Shown here one piece after another: positions 33,047 through 44,683 of a stretch of DNA of 64,000 bases (the stretch's first letter is position 1; the number at the start of each line of letters is the position of its first letter). The notes beneath the pieces were generated by a model. That model worked only from the letters and a program-made list of their open reading frames with translations. It was not told the DNA's origin and did not search any database. The translations under genes were made by a program, and so were the position numbers. Source of the DNA: Trypanosoma brucei (taxonomy: Eukaryota); assembly GCA_000002445.1 (NCBI GenBank), contig CH464491.1, forward strand, positions 192,001 through 256,000, in the 5' to 3' direction.

Positions 33047-34080
33047 GAAGAGCACGTAGAGGCGTGCACATGCAACATGAAATTACGCTCCGATCCCACT
33101 GCTTCCCTCCCCTCCCCGTACTGATACACGCACAGACGAACACCGACTAATTTTTTTTTTCCCTCAAGAAGTGCAAGTTGAAAAGGGGAAAAGCAAGCAG
33201 TAAAAGGGACAAAGGAGATTATTAAAAGCAGAGGAGCAAATAAAAAAAAAAGAAATGAATAAGCAAAAGAAAATGTCTGGCTTCCAAATGAAAAAGGAAA
33301 GAAGAAAACATATGGATCGTCATATTCTTTGAGGACGGTTTGCTGGAGAAAAGAAGAAATAAATGACAATTTCTTATGGTTAAAGAAAAAGAAGAAGAAA
33401 GAAACAGAAGATAGAGAATTGTCATAAATAAGTGAAAGATGGGAGGGGACAAAGTAATTAAGTGGGAGTCATACTGCGGGGAATACCACAAGGGGAAAAA
33501 TGCTAGGGATGAAACGAAACAAAAAAAAATGTATGAGGGCAAACTCACCTTAACCCCTAAAGAAACTGATGCTAGTGTGCTATGTACTCCTTTCAACCTT
33601 ATGTACCCCTTGTATTTGCGCTCTTCTCTATTATTTTCTTTTTTTTTTTTACTTGTGTATTTTGTGTCACCTGCACCTTCTGCGTCACGCCATATGGACG
33701 TCGTTATACAGCTCCTTTGTGCGCTCGGCAGCTATCGGTTTTTGAACCGCAACGAGCAACCAAAAAATAGGACTAACAAGAATTTGTACAAGCACTGAAG
33801 GGCAAAGTGCTTAGGTTAGATTGAGTGCATACACTCATCCACCAAGGAGGGAGAAAATAATTAACAAAAGGTGAAGAAACGAAAAGGAGAGAAGGAGGGA
33901 AAGAAGAGCAGTTAGTGTGTTAAGTGAAGAAAACAGATTAAAGAGGAAAAATATTTTTGTTTTGTTTGATTTATTATCCGTTCGCTGCTACAGTGTACTT
34001 TATTATTATCATTATTATTTTTATTATTGGAAGTTGTTCAAACCTCAGAGGGTGTAACAACTTCACCGGGAACGGGCAAT

Positions 34081-37000
34081 ATGAAGAAACTCAGATCATT
34101 TCTTCCCTGGGTTTGTGGTGTCTCATGTGGTGCTGCGGTTCCCTGCCACTCGTCCCGATGCACGTCAACGCTCGCTAGCACCTCATGGCACGGCAGAGAT
34201 TCGAATGCGCCTTCACACCGTCAACAAGCGTGCCTTTCATCAACTGAAAAGAGACTCCGACGCTCGGGCGAAAAGTTGGCGCGGCGTAGTACTTCCGCAG
34301 TGCTTATTAAAATAGCTGATCTCTCGTCAACGTTACCACCGCAGGGAATTCGGTGCTGCGAGGACTTGGAGGGGGCTCCGCTTAATACAGATGACCGGTT
34401 GCAGGTGTTGCTCAACACATGCATAAGTACCCCATCCGCTGAGTTGTATGAAGAATTAATAAGATCCAGTGCTGCACTCTACAGGAGCTCAGCCGCGCAG
34501 CACTGGGGTTTCTACGCCCGGGTGTTGGCAAACTATGGTGTGCAGTGCTTGGTAGATCAGAACACTGGGAAGGCAGTTGAGGTTCTCCGGAAAGCTATTG
34601 AAATAATTTCCTTCTTCGAGGCTGATACCGCTGTTCTACACCTCCGTGTCCTTCTGGCTAATGCTGCGGCGTGTGAGGGTCAGTACTTCGCTGCACTGTG
34701 TGAATACGAGTCGTGTCTTGCGGTGATGCGGGACTTTCCTGTGGAATCGTCACTGCGGCAACTCGTTTCTGGATCCGAGATGTATATGCCTCTTAGCCGA
34801 AGTTATATCAATGAAGACTACGATCGGTTTCTAGAGGATGAAGAGGTGGTCCTTCGTGCTTTGGGGCAGGGCCAAAAACAGGCGGATGCGTGTGTTGACA
34901 AAGCGGAGAAAGCCCGTGTCGCAATGACTATGGCTCGTTTGCAGCGAAGGCGAGGAGAGAAAGACGCAAGCCTGACGCTGTACACCTCGGCGCTTCGTAT
35001 GTTGCTTGGTGCTCACAACCCAGATTTGGAGATCCAAGTACTGCATGATATTGGTCTTCTGTTGTGTTTTGAGGTGCTAGACGTCACGCAGGGTCTACCG
35101 TACTTGCAAGCTGCAGCTGAGATGGCGTGCGACAGAGCACGCGTGGAGCTAAACGGCCCCAACTCTGATCAGGGCGAGAGCGGACCGAGTCACAGCAGCT
35201 ACCCACTGGTGCGTACAAATATGGAGAAGGGGCTGCGCGCTCGCCGTGCTGTGTTAGCCCTAGTCGACACAGCTGTTTGTTATGCAGAAAATGATGAGGT
35301 GGGGAAGTCGCTAGGGTTCTTTGAGGAGGCAAAGTCACTGATGACGGAATGTGGAATGCAAGAACACTCCGCGTGGATTTGTATGAAGTACGCGGACGCA
35401 CTTTCCAGCGCCTCGCTCCTTGATGCAGCTATACGCATCTACCTTGATGCCATGGACACAATTCGCCTTACGGAAATAAGTGGTGAGAAGATGCAGCTGG
35501 CATGTATGGGGATGGGAATGTATTTGACGCAGTCGGAAGTGGAAGGTCGTCTGGCACACTGTTTTCAAACCCGTGTAGGGGATTACCGGCGTGCTTGTGT
35601 GCATTACTGCCAAAGCATCCGACGGTGCGGGGTGGCGGTTCGCTGCCCATTCCAAGTTTCACAGGAAGGCAAAACACTGGCGGAGGAGGAAATAGATCCA
35701 GAAACCTTGTGCTGGATGCTTGAGAAGTATGCCGACTGCTGTGTGCGTGTCGGAAACGTTAAGATTGCTAAGGAGGTTTTAGAGCACCGCGTGCGTGTGG
35801 AGCAAGGTGTGGGGACACCATGTGCTGCAGCACTGTTGCATCTTGCCGAATTACACTCCAACGATAACGTTCCCAGAGCTATCGAGCTTTACACTCGCAT
35901 TCTATCACTCCCCCAAGATGCAGTGGAACCGGATACACTGCTTCAGTCGGCGTACAATTTTATCGCAGTTTGCTACCAATCGAAGGACGAGGACTTTGAG
36001 GCGGGACTTTCTAACGTGCAGTGTTCCCAATCCTCTGGTCAGGGCGATATGGTCGATGAAAATACACCGACTTCCAGTGAGCTAGCGCCAGTGGATTACG
36101 AGAATTCCATTATTGCAACATTCAAGAAGTCGGCTAACGTTATATTAGCTAGTCACACCGTTAACAAGACGAAGCTGTGTACAAATCGCGATGACGAACT
36201 GAAGACTCTTATGGCTCTTAGTCGTGCTGGTTTCTTTTGTCAGCGTCGTGGCTATGAATCAGGTGCGGAGGAGCTGTATCGGCTTGCAGTAGACTACGCA
36301 CGGCTGACTGACGTGAAATGTAAGGAATATTCCCGCGAACTTGCCGTTATGCTCGCAAACTACGCCACCGTTGTTGTGCACAAGGATACCGAGTTGGCCA
36401 AGAAACTGTATGAGGAAGCCGTAGCAACGTGCCCAACCGATGAGAACGTGTCGAATGCGGCTGCTTCCTTCTTTGTTCTGACGGCAAACTATGCGGAGGG
36501 TCGTGCGTGTATTGAGCGCCTTGTAGCAGCAACAACCACTAATGCTGTACTTCAGGGGTTATATGGGAAACTAGCATGGTTGGGTGTGGTTTGTTGGGAT
36601 GAACTTTTGCATGAGGAGCGCCTTCTTTGCTTAAAACATATGCTCTTTGCGTTAGGAACAGAGTCTGATGCGGTCGTTGCAGTCACTGCCAAATCGCAAC
36701 CAAACCCATTTGCGGGCCCTCTTCCGGAGGATTTTAAGCAGCGGCTGCTTCGTGGTGTTACGATATCGAATGATCAAGAGACGGTGAGTCTTGCTTGTTA
36801 CATAGCGCAAACGAAACTGTTTCATGAGGGGAGGTTTATCAACTCATGTTATAAAGTGGCACTAAAGCGATTCCCTCAAGGTGCAACCATTCTGGTAAAC
36901 TATGCGAAGTTCTGCGGTGATTACAATGCTGTAGTTCTCGCTCGCAAGTACTATGCTAAGGCTTTTGCTTTGTCACACACCGATCTGCGCATCACTGAAT

Positions 37001-37749
37001 GCTACGCTCACTATCTAGCATTTTTGAACGGAGGGGAGCGTCAGAGAAGTGAGCACCGACAGGTTGTTTGTGGGGAAAGTTTAGTGCGTTTCCAGGTGGA
37101 GCGGAGCGCCCTTGTAACGTGCGCTATACAGCACGCCCAGTCGCTTACACTCTATGGTAATTATGTGGCAACGAGCATGCCGTCACCAAGTGTTCCAGTA
37201 GTTTCCTTTGAAGAAGCCCTGCGGCTGAATCCTGCCGACTCCCGCGCAACTTCCTTGTACTGTTCATTCTTATCCAACGTGTATGGTAGCGCGTTGGACA
37301 TGAAGAAGAATCCTGAGGCGAAGGAGCAGCTTGCCCGGAAGGTGACAGACTGTTATCTCAGTTGCCTGAAACTGCAACCGCATTCCGTGGCCGTACTGAC
37401 GGGGTTGGGGAGTATCTATATTGACCTTGGGGGGCGGTTCGAAGATGCGGTGAGGGTATTGGAAAGAGCACGACAGCTTAGCCCCAACAACCCGACAGTG
37501 CACCGTCTCCTTTGTACGGCTTTTCATGAGGAGTGGGTGAGGGAACAGCAGTCTGAAACAACGCTGACGAACAAACGTCTTCAGTGGTTACTTACCACTA
37601 CACACAAGCTATATGAGGCTACCATTGCACTAGAGCCAACCAACAGTGTGGTATTGGCAAGGTATTGTCAATTTGCGCATCACGGTCTTCAGGATAATGC
37701 CCTGGCCACTCAGCTGATGCAGCGTTTGCGTGAGCTTTCAAGAGAGTAG
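34081..37749 (+). CDS. Large TPR/alpha-solenoid hypothetical protein
   Basis: A 1222-aa ORF from the first ATG (the track start 34027 is TTG). It has repeated helix-turn-helix TPR-like units along its length (…AIELYTRILSL…, …AEELYRLAVDYARL…, …AKKLYEEAVATCP…, …ARKYYAKAFALS…, …AVRVLERARQLSPNNP…). Confidence 0.6.
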   Translation: MKKLRSFLPWVCGVSCGAAVPCHSSRCTSTLASTSWHGRDSNAPSHRQQACLSSTEKRLRRSGEKLARRSTSAVLIKIADLSSTLPPQGIRCCEDLEGAPLNTDDRLQVLLNTCISTPSAELYEELIRSSAALYRSSAAQHWGFYARVLANYGVQCLVDQNTGKAVEVLRKAIEIISFFEADTAVLHLRVLLANAAACEGQYFAALCEYESCLAVMRDFPVESSLRQLVSGSEMYMPLSRSYINEDYDRFLEDEEVVLRALGQGQKQADACVDKAEKARVAMTMARLQRRRGEKDASLTLYTSALRMLLGAHNPDLEIQVLHDIGLLLCFEVLDVTQGLPYLQAAAEMACDRARVELNGPNSDQGESGPSHSSYPLVRTNMEKGLRARRAVLALVDTAVCYAENDEVGKSLGFFEEAKSLMTECGMQEHSAWICMKYADALSSASLLDAAIRIYLDAMDTIRLTEISGEKMQLACMGMGMYLTQSEVEGRLAHCFQTRVGDYRRACVHYCQSIRRCGVAVRCPFQVSQEGKTLAEEEIDPETLCWMLEKYADCCVRVGNVKIAKEVLEHRVRVEQGVGTPCAAALLHLAELHSNDNVPRAIELYTRILSLPQDAVEPDTLLQSAYNFIAVCYQSKDEDFEAGLSNVQCSQSSGQGDMVDENTPTSSELAPVDYENSIIATFKKSANVILASHTVNKTKLCTNRDDELKTLMALSRAGFFCQRRGYESGAEELYRLAVDYARLTDVKCKEYSRELAVMLANYATVVVHKDTELAKKLYEEAVATCPTDENVSNAAASFFVLTANYAEGRACIERLVAATTTNAVLQGLYGKLAWLGVVCWDELLHEERLLCLKHMLFALGTESDAVVAVTAKSQPNPFAGPLPEDFKQRLLRGVTISNDQETVSLACYIAQTKLFHEGRFINSCYKVALKRFPQGATILVNYAKFCGDYNAVVLARKYYAKAFALSHTDLRITECYAHYLAFLNGGERQRSEHRQVVCGESLVRFQVERSALVTCAIQHAQSLTLYGNYVATSMPSPSVPVVSFEEALRLNPADSRATSLYCSFLSNVYGSALDMKKNPEAKEQLARKVTDCYLSCLKLQPHSVAVLTGLGSIYIDLGGRFEDAVRVLERARQLSPNNPTVHRLLCTAFHEEWVREQQSETTLTNKRLQWLLTTTHKLYEATIALEPTNSVVLARYCQFAHHGLQDNALATQLMQRLRELSRE

Positions 37750-38572
37750 ATCGTCGACCCCTCCAATCTTTTTGTTTGTTGCTTGATCATGTTTCTCACA
37801 AGCCCATTTGTTTCTGTCGGTGAAGGAGTGCTCGAAGCGGATGAGGCTAACTTTCCCATTTTATGTTTGTTTTCTTCTTTTTTAAGTGTCTACTTGTTTT
37901 TGTAAGCTCCGAGCGACATTCTTAGAATCCGAAAGAAAAATGGCTGTCGAGGGACGACCTTTTTTTTTTTTTATGCGACGTGTATTATTTGTACCACAAC
38001 AATACTTTTTTCTTTTTGAACACGACTTGTACCGTTCGAGGCCCTACCATACGTGTATATATGTATATATGTATACATCCATATACCTGTAGTGATGTAC
38101 GGTCCTTCTTACTTTTCGTATGGTGAGGTGCGTTATATAAGGATATATTACGTGCCACCACCAGAAATTTCTTTATTTGTACCAACATTAATCACGATGA
38201 TCATCATAACTATAATCATAAGCTACGGGCATGTGTGCCTGTTTATGTTCTGTGGTAGTGGTGGTTGTGGAAAGTGTGCGTCCATGCATTTCAGTGTGTC
38301 TTTTCCTGAAAGAGAGGACTGTTTGCACCATATTTTTTTTTCTGTCCTTGATCTCTCCGCCACTCATACTTGCCCTCTGCTCCAACTTTTTTCCACTTCT
38401 TTGCGGTATGCACTTCGTAACGTAGAAGAACCATTGTTTTTTTGTTTTTTGCAATCAATTTCATTTTAGTTTTTACGGGGGAAAAAGGGATTCTGCAAGG
38501 TTGTTTGGGACGAGTTATTAAGCGTGGTTTTGAACATTCGGACACGAGATTTCAACAACAAAAAAGGATAAT

Positions 38573-39814
38573 ATGAACAAGATTAGTGCTACCGGTGTTC
38601 TTGTGGAGCTGGACGGCGATGAGATGACCCGCGTGATTTGGAAGAAGATCAAAGAAACTCTCATCTTTCCGTTTGTTAATGTCCCTATCGAGTACTACGA
38701 CTTGAGTATGGAGAATAGGGATAAGACGGAGGATCGTGTGACAGTTGAGGCGGCATATGCTATCAAAAAACATGGAGTTGGAGTAAAATGCGCAACCATT
38801 ACACCCGATGAAGCGCGAGTAAAGGAGTTCAACCTCAAGAAAATGTGGAGGAGTCCCAACGGGACAATCCGAACCATTTTGGGTGGCACAGTCTTTCGCG
38901 AGCCCATTATATGCAGTAATGTTCCCCGACTCGTCACAACATGGAAAAAGCCTGTCGTTATCGGGAGACACGCGTTCGGTGATCAATACAGCGCCACAGA
39001 TGCCGTTGTTAAGGAGCCGGGAACATTTGAGATGCGTTTCATACCCGCCAACGGCGGGGAACCGAAGGTTTACAAGGTGTTTGATTACAAATCAGGAGGT
39101 GTTATGATGGGAATGTACAACACCGATGACAGCATACGGGATTTTGCCAGGAGCTGCTTTGAGTTTGCCCTCGCCAGGAAGTGGCCTCTGTATCTTTCCA
39201 CGAAGAACACCATACTGAAGCATTACGATGGGCGTTTCAAGGACATTTTCGCGGAGATGTACAAGGCCTTGTACGAAACTAAGTTCAAAACTTGTGGCAT
39301 TTTCTACGAACACCGCCTAATTGATGATATGGTTGCTCACTGTATGAGGAGTGAAGGCGGATACGTGTGGGCCTGCAAGAACTACGATGGCGATGTCCAG
39401 TCGGACAGTTTGGCTCAAGGATTCGGGTCCCTCGGGATGATGACTTCCATTCTCATGACGCCGGACGGAAAAACAGTTGAGGTTGAGGCTGCTCATGGCA
39501 CCGTCACGCGGCATTATCGGGACTATCAAAAGGGTAAAGAAACGAGCACGAACCCCGTGGCTTCCATATTTGCATGGACTCGCGCCCTTGCACACCGGGC
39601 TCGCGTGGACAACAACAACACGCTCCTGGAGTTTACCCAGCGACTTGAGGATGTCATCATCGCCACTATTGAAGCGGGCGCCATGACGGAGGACCTCGCC
39701 ATTTGTATAAAGGGTGAGAAGAATGTTGTTCGTGCGGACTACTTAAATACCGACGAGTTTATCGACGCGGTTTCGCAGAGGTTGAAAGTGGCAATGCAGA
39801 AAAGCAAAGTGTAG
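38573..39814 (+). CDS. IDH: NADP-dependent isocitrate dehydrogenase
   Basis: A 413-aa product with hallmark eukaryotic NADP-IDH motifs (…[13 protein letters not shown]…, …[20 protein letters not shown]…, …[32 protein letters not shown]…). There is no N-terminal presequence. The C-terminus is -SKV. Confidence 0.95.
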   Translation: MNKISATGVLVELDGDEMTRVIWKKIKETLIFPFVNVPIEYYDLSMENRDKTEDRVTVEAAYAIKKHGVGVKCATITPDEARVKEFNLKKMWRSPNGTIRTILGGTVFREPIICSNVPRLVTTWKKPVVIGRHAFGDQYSATDAVVKEPGTFEMRFIPANGGEPKVYKVFDYKSGGVMMGMYNTDDSIRDFARSCFEFALARKWPLYLSTKNTILKHYDGRFKDIFAEMYKALYETKFKTCGIFYEHRLIDDMVAHCMRSEGGYVWACKNYDGDVQSDSLAQGFGSLGMMTSILMTPDGKTVEVEAAHGTVTRHYRDYQKGKETSTNPVASIFAWTRALAHRARVDNNNTLLEFTQRLEDVIIATIEAGAMTEDLAICIKGEKNVVRADYLNTDEFIDAVSQRLKVAMQKSKV

Positions 39815-41020
39815 TCCGGGACCTGAGCGCAACCAGCTATTTGGTTCTCTGCGTCGTGAGTTATGGCACAACATCTGAGCAATTACAGAATGTGTCTTGG
39901 AAGTGCTTATGTTTCGACTGCACAGTTTGTTCGTGCTCGCAAGATCGTAATATGAACCTACGCAGGTTCCTTTCTTTCTTTGAGCATGGATATGTGCTCC
40001 CTCTTCAATGTGACTCCGTTGGCACCACATCATTTCTATTTATTTTGCATTTGCGCGGGACATAATGTGTCACTGCTGCATACGAAAGCACTGTTTGGTG
40101 GTGTAAGGGATTGGACCGATGATGGGGTGTTTTTTTGTTTGTGTCGAAGGGTATTGTAAGGGAGTTTTTTTTCTTTATTTGTTGATTTCTCTATTTTTTC
40201 CCCCTTCCTTCTATTATCTACAGTTGTTAACTAGTTTGTTTTCTCTTTAATATTTTATGTTTGTTCTCGAAGCAAATGTGGTAGATTTCCATAGGGGCAG
40301 CATCGCCGGTTGTTATATATTTCCCTTTTGTCGCTCCCCCTCAGCCAACCCGAAGCTACGGATGGGTACCAAAAGTGTGGAGTAAAGATGAAAGTGTGAA
40401 GGGTGGTGGCATCCTTAAGTCAGCGCTTGCTGGCACCGTATGCGACTCCTTTCCTTTCCATTGTTATTTGTGTCCCTTCGCTCACCTTCCCCTCCGAAAA
40501 AAAAAAAAACGTTTAAATATTTAATGCAATCGATTTTTCTTTTGGGTTTCTTACAAAGGTATGCTTCTTGATTTTGTTTGTTTTTACTACTTTAAAAAAA
40601 CGGTGTCTTCCTTCCGACTAGGGAAGGGGAGAAGAGTTGGTGCGTGCGGCTGCATGAGTAAAACGGTACCGGGACCGGGCTCTCTAATAGACATGAGGGA
40701 GGTCAATGGCACATTCGCATATATATATCATTTTATCTTTTAACACTATGGGGGTTTATTTTCGTTTTTGAAGCTGAGCATGCGTGGGAAAATGAGGCGG
40801 TGGGGGAGGAGATTCCTTGAAGTCGCTTTCGTCATGTGCTATCCGCAAGACTCTTTGAGGGGTCAGTTTCCGAGGGAGACAGATAACAACATCATCATAA
40901 TGTACTCAACCACACACACAAAAAGCAATAACTCATTGCACCCTTTCATTTTCTTTTCCACCTCGACCGATCTCTCTCTAATTCACGGCTCGTGTTGTGT
41001 TTATGTGACAGTAGGAGGGA

Positions 41021-44000
41021 ATGGAGGTGTTCGATCTGGCGGCCTTTCGCACTAGGATGAATGATGTGGAGAGGGATGTCAGGGTAATGGCATTGTTTGA
41101 CCTCCAACAGGCGTTGAAGTCGACCGTTTTTAAACCCGACAGCGTAACGTTAAGTAAAATAGTAGAGTATGTTACGACGTGCTTTGCACAGAGCGAACCT
41201 TGTAGGGAAGTTCGATGCAATGCAATAAGACTTGTCCCACAGCTACTCCTTTTGTCCGGTGAGAAGGACCAGGAACGTTTAGTATCGCTCCTCTGCACAA
41301 GTTCCACTTCACAAAGGGCGCGTTTCGGCGAGAAAGGGTATTCGGAGCTGCACGACAGCGCCGCTCGTGCCCTCAAACTGGCTTGCGAGTGCATGTCTTC
41401 AAAGGCCCGAGCAGACGTCGAGAGTTGGCAGCGTCTGGTGCCTGTTGCACGGAAGATCGCCGACGCACTGTCATCTGCGTTGGAGAAGGGAGTGGAGGGA
41501 GTTGTTAGGGAGGGGATATACGACTGCATTGGGGTCCTCATATATCCGTTTGGTAGGGTATTCATATGTGATGTTGGTTGTGTTTTGACCAAAAACGCTT
41601 TGGCCGATGTCCATCACACGGGCCAGTTGCGTAGACGTGCTATTAGTTTCCTATCGTTAGCATCTCCGTTTCTTTCGGAGGATCTGTTCGATGCCGTTTT
41701 TGAAGTTGGAGTCCGCGGGTTACGGGAGGGAAATCACCGTGGTGCGGTCGTCATGCCTTATTTACAGTTGTACGAAGGTTTGGTTAAGGGTTGCCCATCA
41801 CGTGCGAAGACGGGTGCACTCGAAACTATGAAATTCCTCACCGACGGACTCAGTGCACGTTTAAGTCACGAAAGCGCGGATGCGGATGCATTCGATGACG
41901 ATGATTACGAAGTGTGTGACGCTACAGTGCGGCTGATGCACTTGATGGTTTGTCAGTATTCCAAGGAACTGGCTACCATCCATTGTGCTCTTTTTGTCCA
42001 AGCACTAGAGATTGCCAGGTTTGATCCCAATTACTGCGACAACATGGGGGGCCTTGATGGTTGCGATTCGTCGGATGCATCCGGGTTGTATTTCACGGAG
42101 GACGATACGGACATGTCGTGGAGACTGCGGATGTGGGCAGCTCGATTACTTGCGTTATTGATTGAACTGTCTCCCTTTTCCACGGAATTAACACATCAGC
42201 TAGGTTGTGAGGTCTTATCCTTAATTGGGGACCGTGTGGAGGAGGTTCAACTTGCCGCTATTCATTTCGTTGACACCGTCATCCAGAGTTCGAGGGGTGC
42301 ATCTGTTTGTACATCGCTGTTGCTGTTTCTGCAGGGTGCAATCGACCCTTTGTTAGGTGCTCTGAACACCCGAGAGCCGAAGGTAGTTGTTGCGGCTGCC
42401 AAAGCGCTCCAGAACCTTTTCTATTTCCACTGGAGCGTTTTCACGACGGAGGTGTGCCGCGCACATGACATTGTGGATAAGTTGTTAAAGGCCCACCTGA
42501 CTGGTAAGGAATATGCGGTCGTTGAGCTTACCGCGCTCGCTGTGCGCATGTTGGAGGGTACCTCTCATGGCCAACCAAATATTAAGTTGGTTACCAAGCT
42601 CCTGGATACAGTTTACGCGGCGGTAGATGCGTATGTGTGCGGTGGGATTGGTCAAATTGTTGTTTGCTCGGTGAAGGCCATGGCGCATACCTCCGGACTT
42701 GCGGGCGCTGCTTACTGTGAAAGGTGCATGGAGCTTTACATATCACTCGCGCTGAACGCCAATTTCGGTGGTGAACTGATTTCCTCCGCTGTTGAGGCAA
42801 CCAGGCACTGTATGTCTACGTTTGCGGCATCACTGTCTGTGGACTACTTTCGGCGTTGCGGAGGGCGTTTAGTGGTGCTATCGGAGGGAAGGCAAGTTGC
42901 CATTCGTTTGCTGAAGGATTTGACGGCTTCCGTGCCGGCGGCTCAGCTCCAACCCCAGGAGCTGGAACGACTGAGTAATAGTATCGGAAGGCAAGACCGT
43001 GCGGTGCAGCAACACATTGTGTCCATTGTGTGCAACGCTCTTGATAACAGCGGCCAACTTACCGCGGAAACGTTGGAGGATATGTTCGAGTTTGCGCGGT
43101 CAAACTCTCTAAAAAGTGGTGATCGTTTGTTGGTTCAAGCAACGCTCGAGATGTTGGAGAAGATTTGTAGGAGGTTCTCCAATTTAGGTGGACGAATAGT
43201 GGACCAACTGCTTCCAACCGTTTGGGAGATATTATCGTCCGCACCAAAATGCGCTGGTCATCACCCCTTGCTGCTTGTGAGAGGCACCGCGGTGCTGATC
43301 CGCTCGCTGCACCAGATGCTGGAGCCCGCGCAGCGTTCTGACTTGGTTGAACAAACACTTCGGTACGTTTCCCGGTCGAAGTTTCGTGAAACGAGTAGTG
43401 AGATACTAAGAGGTGTAGCATCGGTAGACGAAGGCATACTCGAGAGGGTTGGTTCACTCATGTCTGGGGACGATTCGCTTCTCTGCATTTGTGTGGGTAC
43501 CATAGGAATGTCCGTACCGCTGCCCGATATGTGGGAGGCACGGCTTTTTAGATTTCTTTCGTCCACCGGTGCCGAGAACTTAGGTTCTGTTGTGCCTCTG
43601 GCTGTGGGTCGTGCTGTCTCGAATGCACAAAATCGTTCTCTCATGGAGCGGGTTGTAGAATCAGCAACGAGAAACACAGGCGGTGCAGCTTTATTTTGGA
43701 GGGCGATCCATGAGGCTGCACTCACCACGGTAGCTGGGGCAGAATTATCTCCCTTTAGTGATCCGTTCTTCTGCAAGGGCGTCGTAGAAAAGCTTATGGA
43801 AAATCTGCTCGAGGATGATACGGAGACTGCTGCCACCGTTTTGGGAAGTTTTGCTCCGTTTGTCCGTGATTATCTGATTGACATAACGGCAACTCATTTG
43901 AGCGATGAGTTGGACTCCAAGAAGGCTGTGTGCATAACTGTGCAGCGTTATTTGCTCTCGAGTGTCAAAAATACCGATGAATGCCCCAGGTTGGTGAGCG

Positions 44001-44683
44001 CTATTGAGAGGGCTTTGCGTTGTCTCAGTCGCAAGGCAGATTTAAGGGTTCGATTTGCCGCACTTCAACTTTTCGCCACGCTCCTCTCGGTGAAACCACA
44101 TCTTCTTATTGGTTCGTATGTTCGAGATGTGGTGTACCCATGCGTCCTTGAAGAGTTGTTAGAGGACCCCACTCTCGTGCTCGCCATCAACCTTGGAAGT
44201 TGTACTCACAGGGAGGACAGGGGAAAAGAGATGCGGAAGTTGGCGTTTGAGTGCGTTTCAATGCTGCTCCGTGATGCGGAAGACCGGGGAAAGGAAAGTA
44301 TCCTGGAATACTGTGGCCGCTATGAGGAACTTGGCCGATGTCTTGTTCATGCTTGCGGACCGAGAGGAGGGGGAGAGACAGACGGAGACATAAACACTAA
44401 GGCAATGGACCTCATTGTGCGGTTTCTACGACTTTGCCCGTCATCACCCTGCGACGGTTCTCAGGTGATGGTTTTGTACGAAAAGCTCAAGATGGCGCTA
44501 GGGGTGGACATTGAGCGCACTGCTCAAGACGCCTCCAAGAAGCAACTCTTGAAGAGGCAAGCACTCAACTGCATCATGTGTCTTAGTGAGTGGCCACCTT
44601 TCTCATGTCACCCACAGTGGCAGTCGCTCGTTTTACTCGCTCAACAAAATCCGCTGTTGCCAGAAGCAATCAAAGTGACGTGA
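41021..44683 (+). CDS. CAND1: CAND1/TIP120-like HEAT-repeat protein (cullin-associated NEDD8-dissociated protein)
   Basis: At 1220 aa it matches CAND1 in size. The N-terminus (…MNDVERDVRVMALFDLQQALKSTVFKPDS…) parallels the CAND1 N-terminus (…[27 protein letters not shown]…). It is an all-helical HEAT-like repeat throughout. ATG at 41021. Confidence 0.65.
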   Translation: MEVFDLAAFRTRMNDVERDVRVMALFDLQQALKSTVFKPDSVTLSKIVEYVTTCFAQSEPCREVRCNAIRLVPQLLLLSGEKDQERLVSLLCTSSTSQRARFGEKGYSELHDSAARALKLACECMSSKARADVESWQRLVPVARKIADALSSALEKGVEGVVREGIYDCIGVLIYPFGRVFICDVGCVLTKNALADVHHTGQLRRRAISFLSLASPFLSEDLFDAVFEVGVRGLREGNHRGAVVMPYLQLYEGLVKGCPSRAKTGALETMKFLTDGLSARLSHESADADAFDDDDYEVCDATVRLMHLMVCQYSKELATIHCALFVQALEIARFDPNYCDNMGGLDGCDSSDASGLYFTEDDTDMSWRLRMWAARLLALLIELSPFSTELTHQLGCEVLSLIGDRVEEVQLAAIHFVDTVIQSSRGASVCTSLLLFLQGAIDPLLGALNTREPKVVVAAAKALQNLFYFHWSVFTTEVCRAHDIVDKLLKAHLTGKEYAVVELTALAVRMLEGTSHGQPNIKLVTKLLDTVYAAVDAYVCGGIGQIVVCSVKAMAHTSGLAGAAYCERCMELYISLALNANFGGELISSAVEATRHCMSTFAASLSVDYFRRCGGRLVVLSEGRQVAIRLLKDLTASVPAAQLQPQELERLSNSIGRQDRAVQQHIVSIVCNALDNSGQLTAETLEDMFEFARSNSLKSGDRLLVQATLEMLEKICRRFSNLGGRIVDQLLPTVWEILSSAPKCAGHHPLLLVRGTAVLIRSLHQMLEPAQRSDLVEQTLRYVSRSKFRETSSEILRGVASVDEGILERVGSLMSGDDSLLCICVGTIGMSVPLPDMWEARLFRFLSSTGAENLGSVVPLAVGRAVSNAQNRSLMERVVESATRNTGGAALFWRAIHEAALTTVAGAELSPFSDPFFCKGVVEKLMENLLEDDTETAATVLGSFAPFVRDYLIDITATHLSDELDSKKAVCITVQRYLLSSVKNTDECPRLVSAIERALRCLSRKADLRVRFAALQLFATLLSVKPHLLIGSYVRDVVYPCVLEELLEDPTLVLAINLGSCTHREDRGKEMRKLAFECVSMLLRDAEDRGKESILEYCGRYEELGRCLVHACGPRGGGETDGDINTKAMDLIVRFLRLCPSSPCDGSQVMVLYEKLKMALGVDIERTAQDASKKQLLKRQALNCIMCLSEWPPFSCHPQWQSLVLLAQQNPLLPEAIKVT

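Noticed and set aside
40978-43836. Minus-strand ORFs of 132-204 aa (40978-41592, 43059-43457, 43261-43836) overlapping the CAND1-like gene, and 28161-28688 (-) inside the LRR gene
   Set aside because: They lie antisense within long, domain-supported + strand genes. No domains or start context support them; they are typical GC-rich-coding antisense ORFs.
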